Under the pieces are notes generated by a model, which searched no databases, had not been told where the DNA came from, and saw only the letters and a program-made list of their open reading frames with translations. The position numbers and the translations under genes were made by a program. Shown here in pieces: positions 62,994-64,000 of a stretch of 64,000 nucleotides of DNA. This DNA comes from Akkermansiaceae bacterium (lineage in GTDB: Bacteria > Verrucomicrobiota > Verrucomicrobiia > Verrucomicrobiales > Akkermansiaceae): positions 1 to 64,000 of the forward strand of contig JBPOGF010000003.1 of NCBI GenBank assembly GCA_051251915.1. Direction: 5' to 3'. The stretch's first letter is position 1, and each line of letters opens with the position of its first letter.

Positions 62994-64000
62994 TTAGGAA
63001 TTTAGGTTGCGGAGTTTTACTGGTTCGTTGGAGTTTTCGATTTTGGTGATGAGGGCTCTGACTTCGTCTACGAGTGGGGCTAGTCCTTTGGCTTCGCTGT
63101 GGTTTTCGAGGTCTTTGATGAGTTTGTGGAGTCTTGGGATGACTGGTTTGGCGGCGCTGCCGTAGGTTCCTAGGATTTGGAGGCATTGGCTGACGCGTCT
63201 GCGCTTGCCCCATTTGAGGATTTCCATGGTGTCGAAGCAGAGTGCCATGCCTTCTTCTACGCGGTATTTTGCGAGCATTTTGAGTCCGCCGAGGCGGATG
63301 GAGCTGGCGAACATGACGCCGGATGGGCTGGGTTCTCTGATGGCTTCGAGGATGGCTGGTAGGATGGGCTTGAGTTCCTCGAAGGTGAGGGAGTTGTAGA
63401 GGGATTCTACGGTGCCACGGGTGCGTCCATCTGGGTTGGCGAGGAGCTGCTTCATGACTTTGTAGAGGGTCTCGCGGTCGATGTTTTCTACTGATTTTGA
63501 GAGCAGTCCGGGCTTGCCGTAGGTTCCTTTGGCATCGAAGAGGCCGAAGGCTAGGAAGCGCTGGGTGATCTGGAGTGGGTCTGCTGGGTCTAGTGTGGTG
63601 GCTAGTTTTAGCAGGGCGGGGATGGCGGCTGAGGCGTCTTTACCGATGTTGGTGAGGGCGTTTGCTGCCTGGATGCGGAGCCATGCGTCATCTTCTTCTA
63701 GTAGGGCGATGAGTGGTGTGACGGCGGCTTTTGATTTTTCTTTGAGTGCGCCTAGTGCTTGGCAGGCGCCGTAGCGGGCGTTGATGGAATCACTGCTGAG
63801 CATCTCGATGAGTTGTGGGACGACTGTGGCTGAGTCTTCTTTGAGCGCGAGGGCTTCTGAAACTCGGGTGCGGACGGCGGGTGACCAGCTCTGGATGTCT
63901 TGGAGTAGCTCGGCGTTGGTTTTCTTGGTGTATGGTGGGATGCCTTCGTCCCAGGCGGAAAATCCGGAGCCTAGTTGGATGTTGTTTTTGAGGTCTTGGC
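62994..64000 (-). CDS. HEAT-repeat protein, 5' part outside the window (resembles the C-terminus of DUF6288-type proteins)
   Basis: The frame is open to the window edge (no stop 63804-64000); SWSPAVRTR, ARYGACQALG and LRIQAANAL repeats. Confidence 0.75.
   Translation of the reverse strand, partial: QDLKNNIQLGSGFSAWDEGIPPYTKKTNAELLQDIQSWSPAVRTRVSEALALKEDSATVVPQLIEMLSSDSINARYGACQALGALKEKSKAAVTPLIALLEEDDAWLRIQAANALTNIGKDASAAIPALLKLATTLDPADPLQITQRFLAFGLFDAKGTYGKPGLLSKSVENIDRETLYKVMKQLLANPDGRTRGTVESLYNSLTFEELKPILPAILEAIREPSPSGVMFASSIRLGGLKMLAKYRVEEGMALCFDTMEILKWGKRRRVSQCLQILGTYGSAAKPVIPRLHKLIKDLENHSEAKGLAPLVDEVRALITKIENSNEPVKLRNLNS

Noticed and set aside
55758..63774. Numerous alternative-frame Arg/Pro/His-rich or Gly/Val-rich ORFs
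   Set aside because: Shadow ORFs caused by the strong G/T strand bias; they overlap well-supported genes.

Overview
64 kb of bacterial chromosome. It is almost certainly from a Verrucomicrobiaceae member (Rubritalea-like), judged from the IPEPSSTALLGLGGLALILRRRK PEP-CTERM tails and a Verrucomicrobia-type PilX/GspK-like giant protein. (1) 1-3.2 kb: the head of a minus-strand integron-type cassette array with an attI-like site, a Pc-like promoter and no integrase in view. Both visible attC sites are interrupted at the identical TTGT|T position by an apparently identical 722-nt ORF-less group IIC-attC intron. This is the main discovery. (2) 3.2-40 kb: mostly core genes (yicC, tatC, PBP2, bamA, trpS, pdhAB, mnmG, mrp/apbC, trmA, rph). 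The region also holds a DnaA-box cluster that is a candidate oriC (12.1-12.4 kb), three parS palindromes at mnmG, an odd decarboxylase/phosphoglycosyl-transferase/archaeal-type GAPDH operon, and a GtrA/GT2/GT-C/sulfatase surface-modification operon. (3) 40-47.4 kb: an OmpA-domain protein, a small membrane protein and an 1816-aa coiled-coil with exact 81-aa and 55-aa periodicities. (4) After tRNA-Pro(TGG): an accessory region with a PilX-like giant, three PEP-CTERM paralogues plus relics of duplication and deletion, a GH95-like hydrolase, nfsB/HxlR, a GNAT, a quinone oxidoreductase carrying an inserted ABM domain, a HEXXH metallopeptidase and a partial HEAT-repeat gene. All family calls are from motif recognition by eye; no searches were run.
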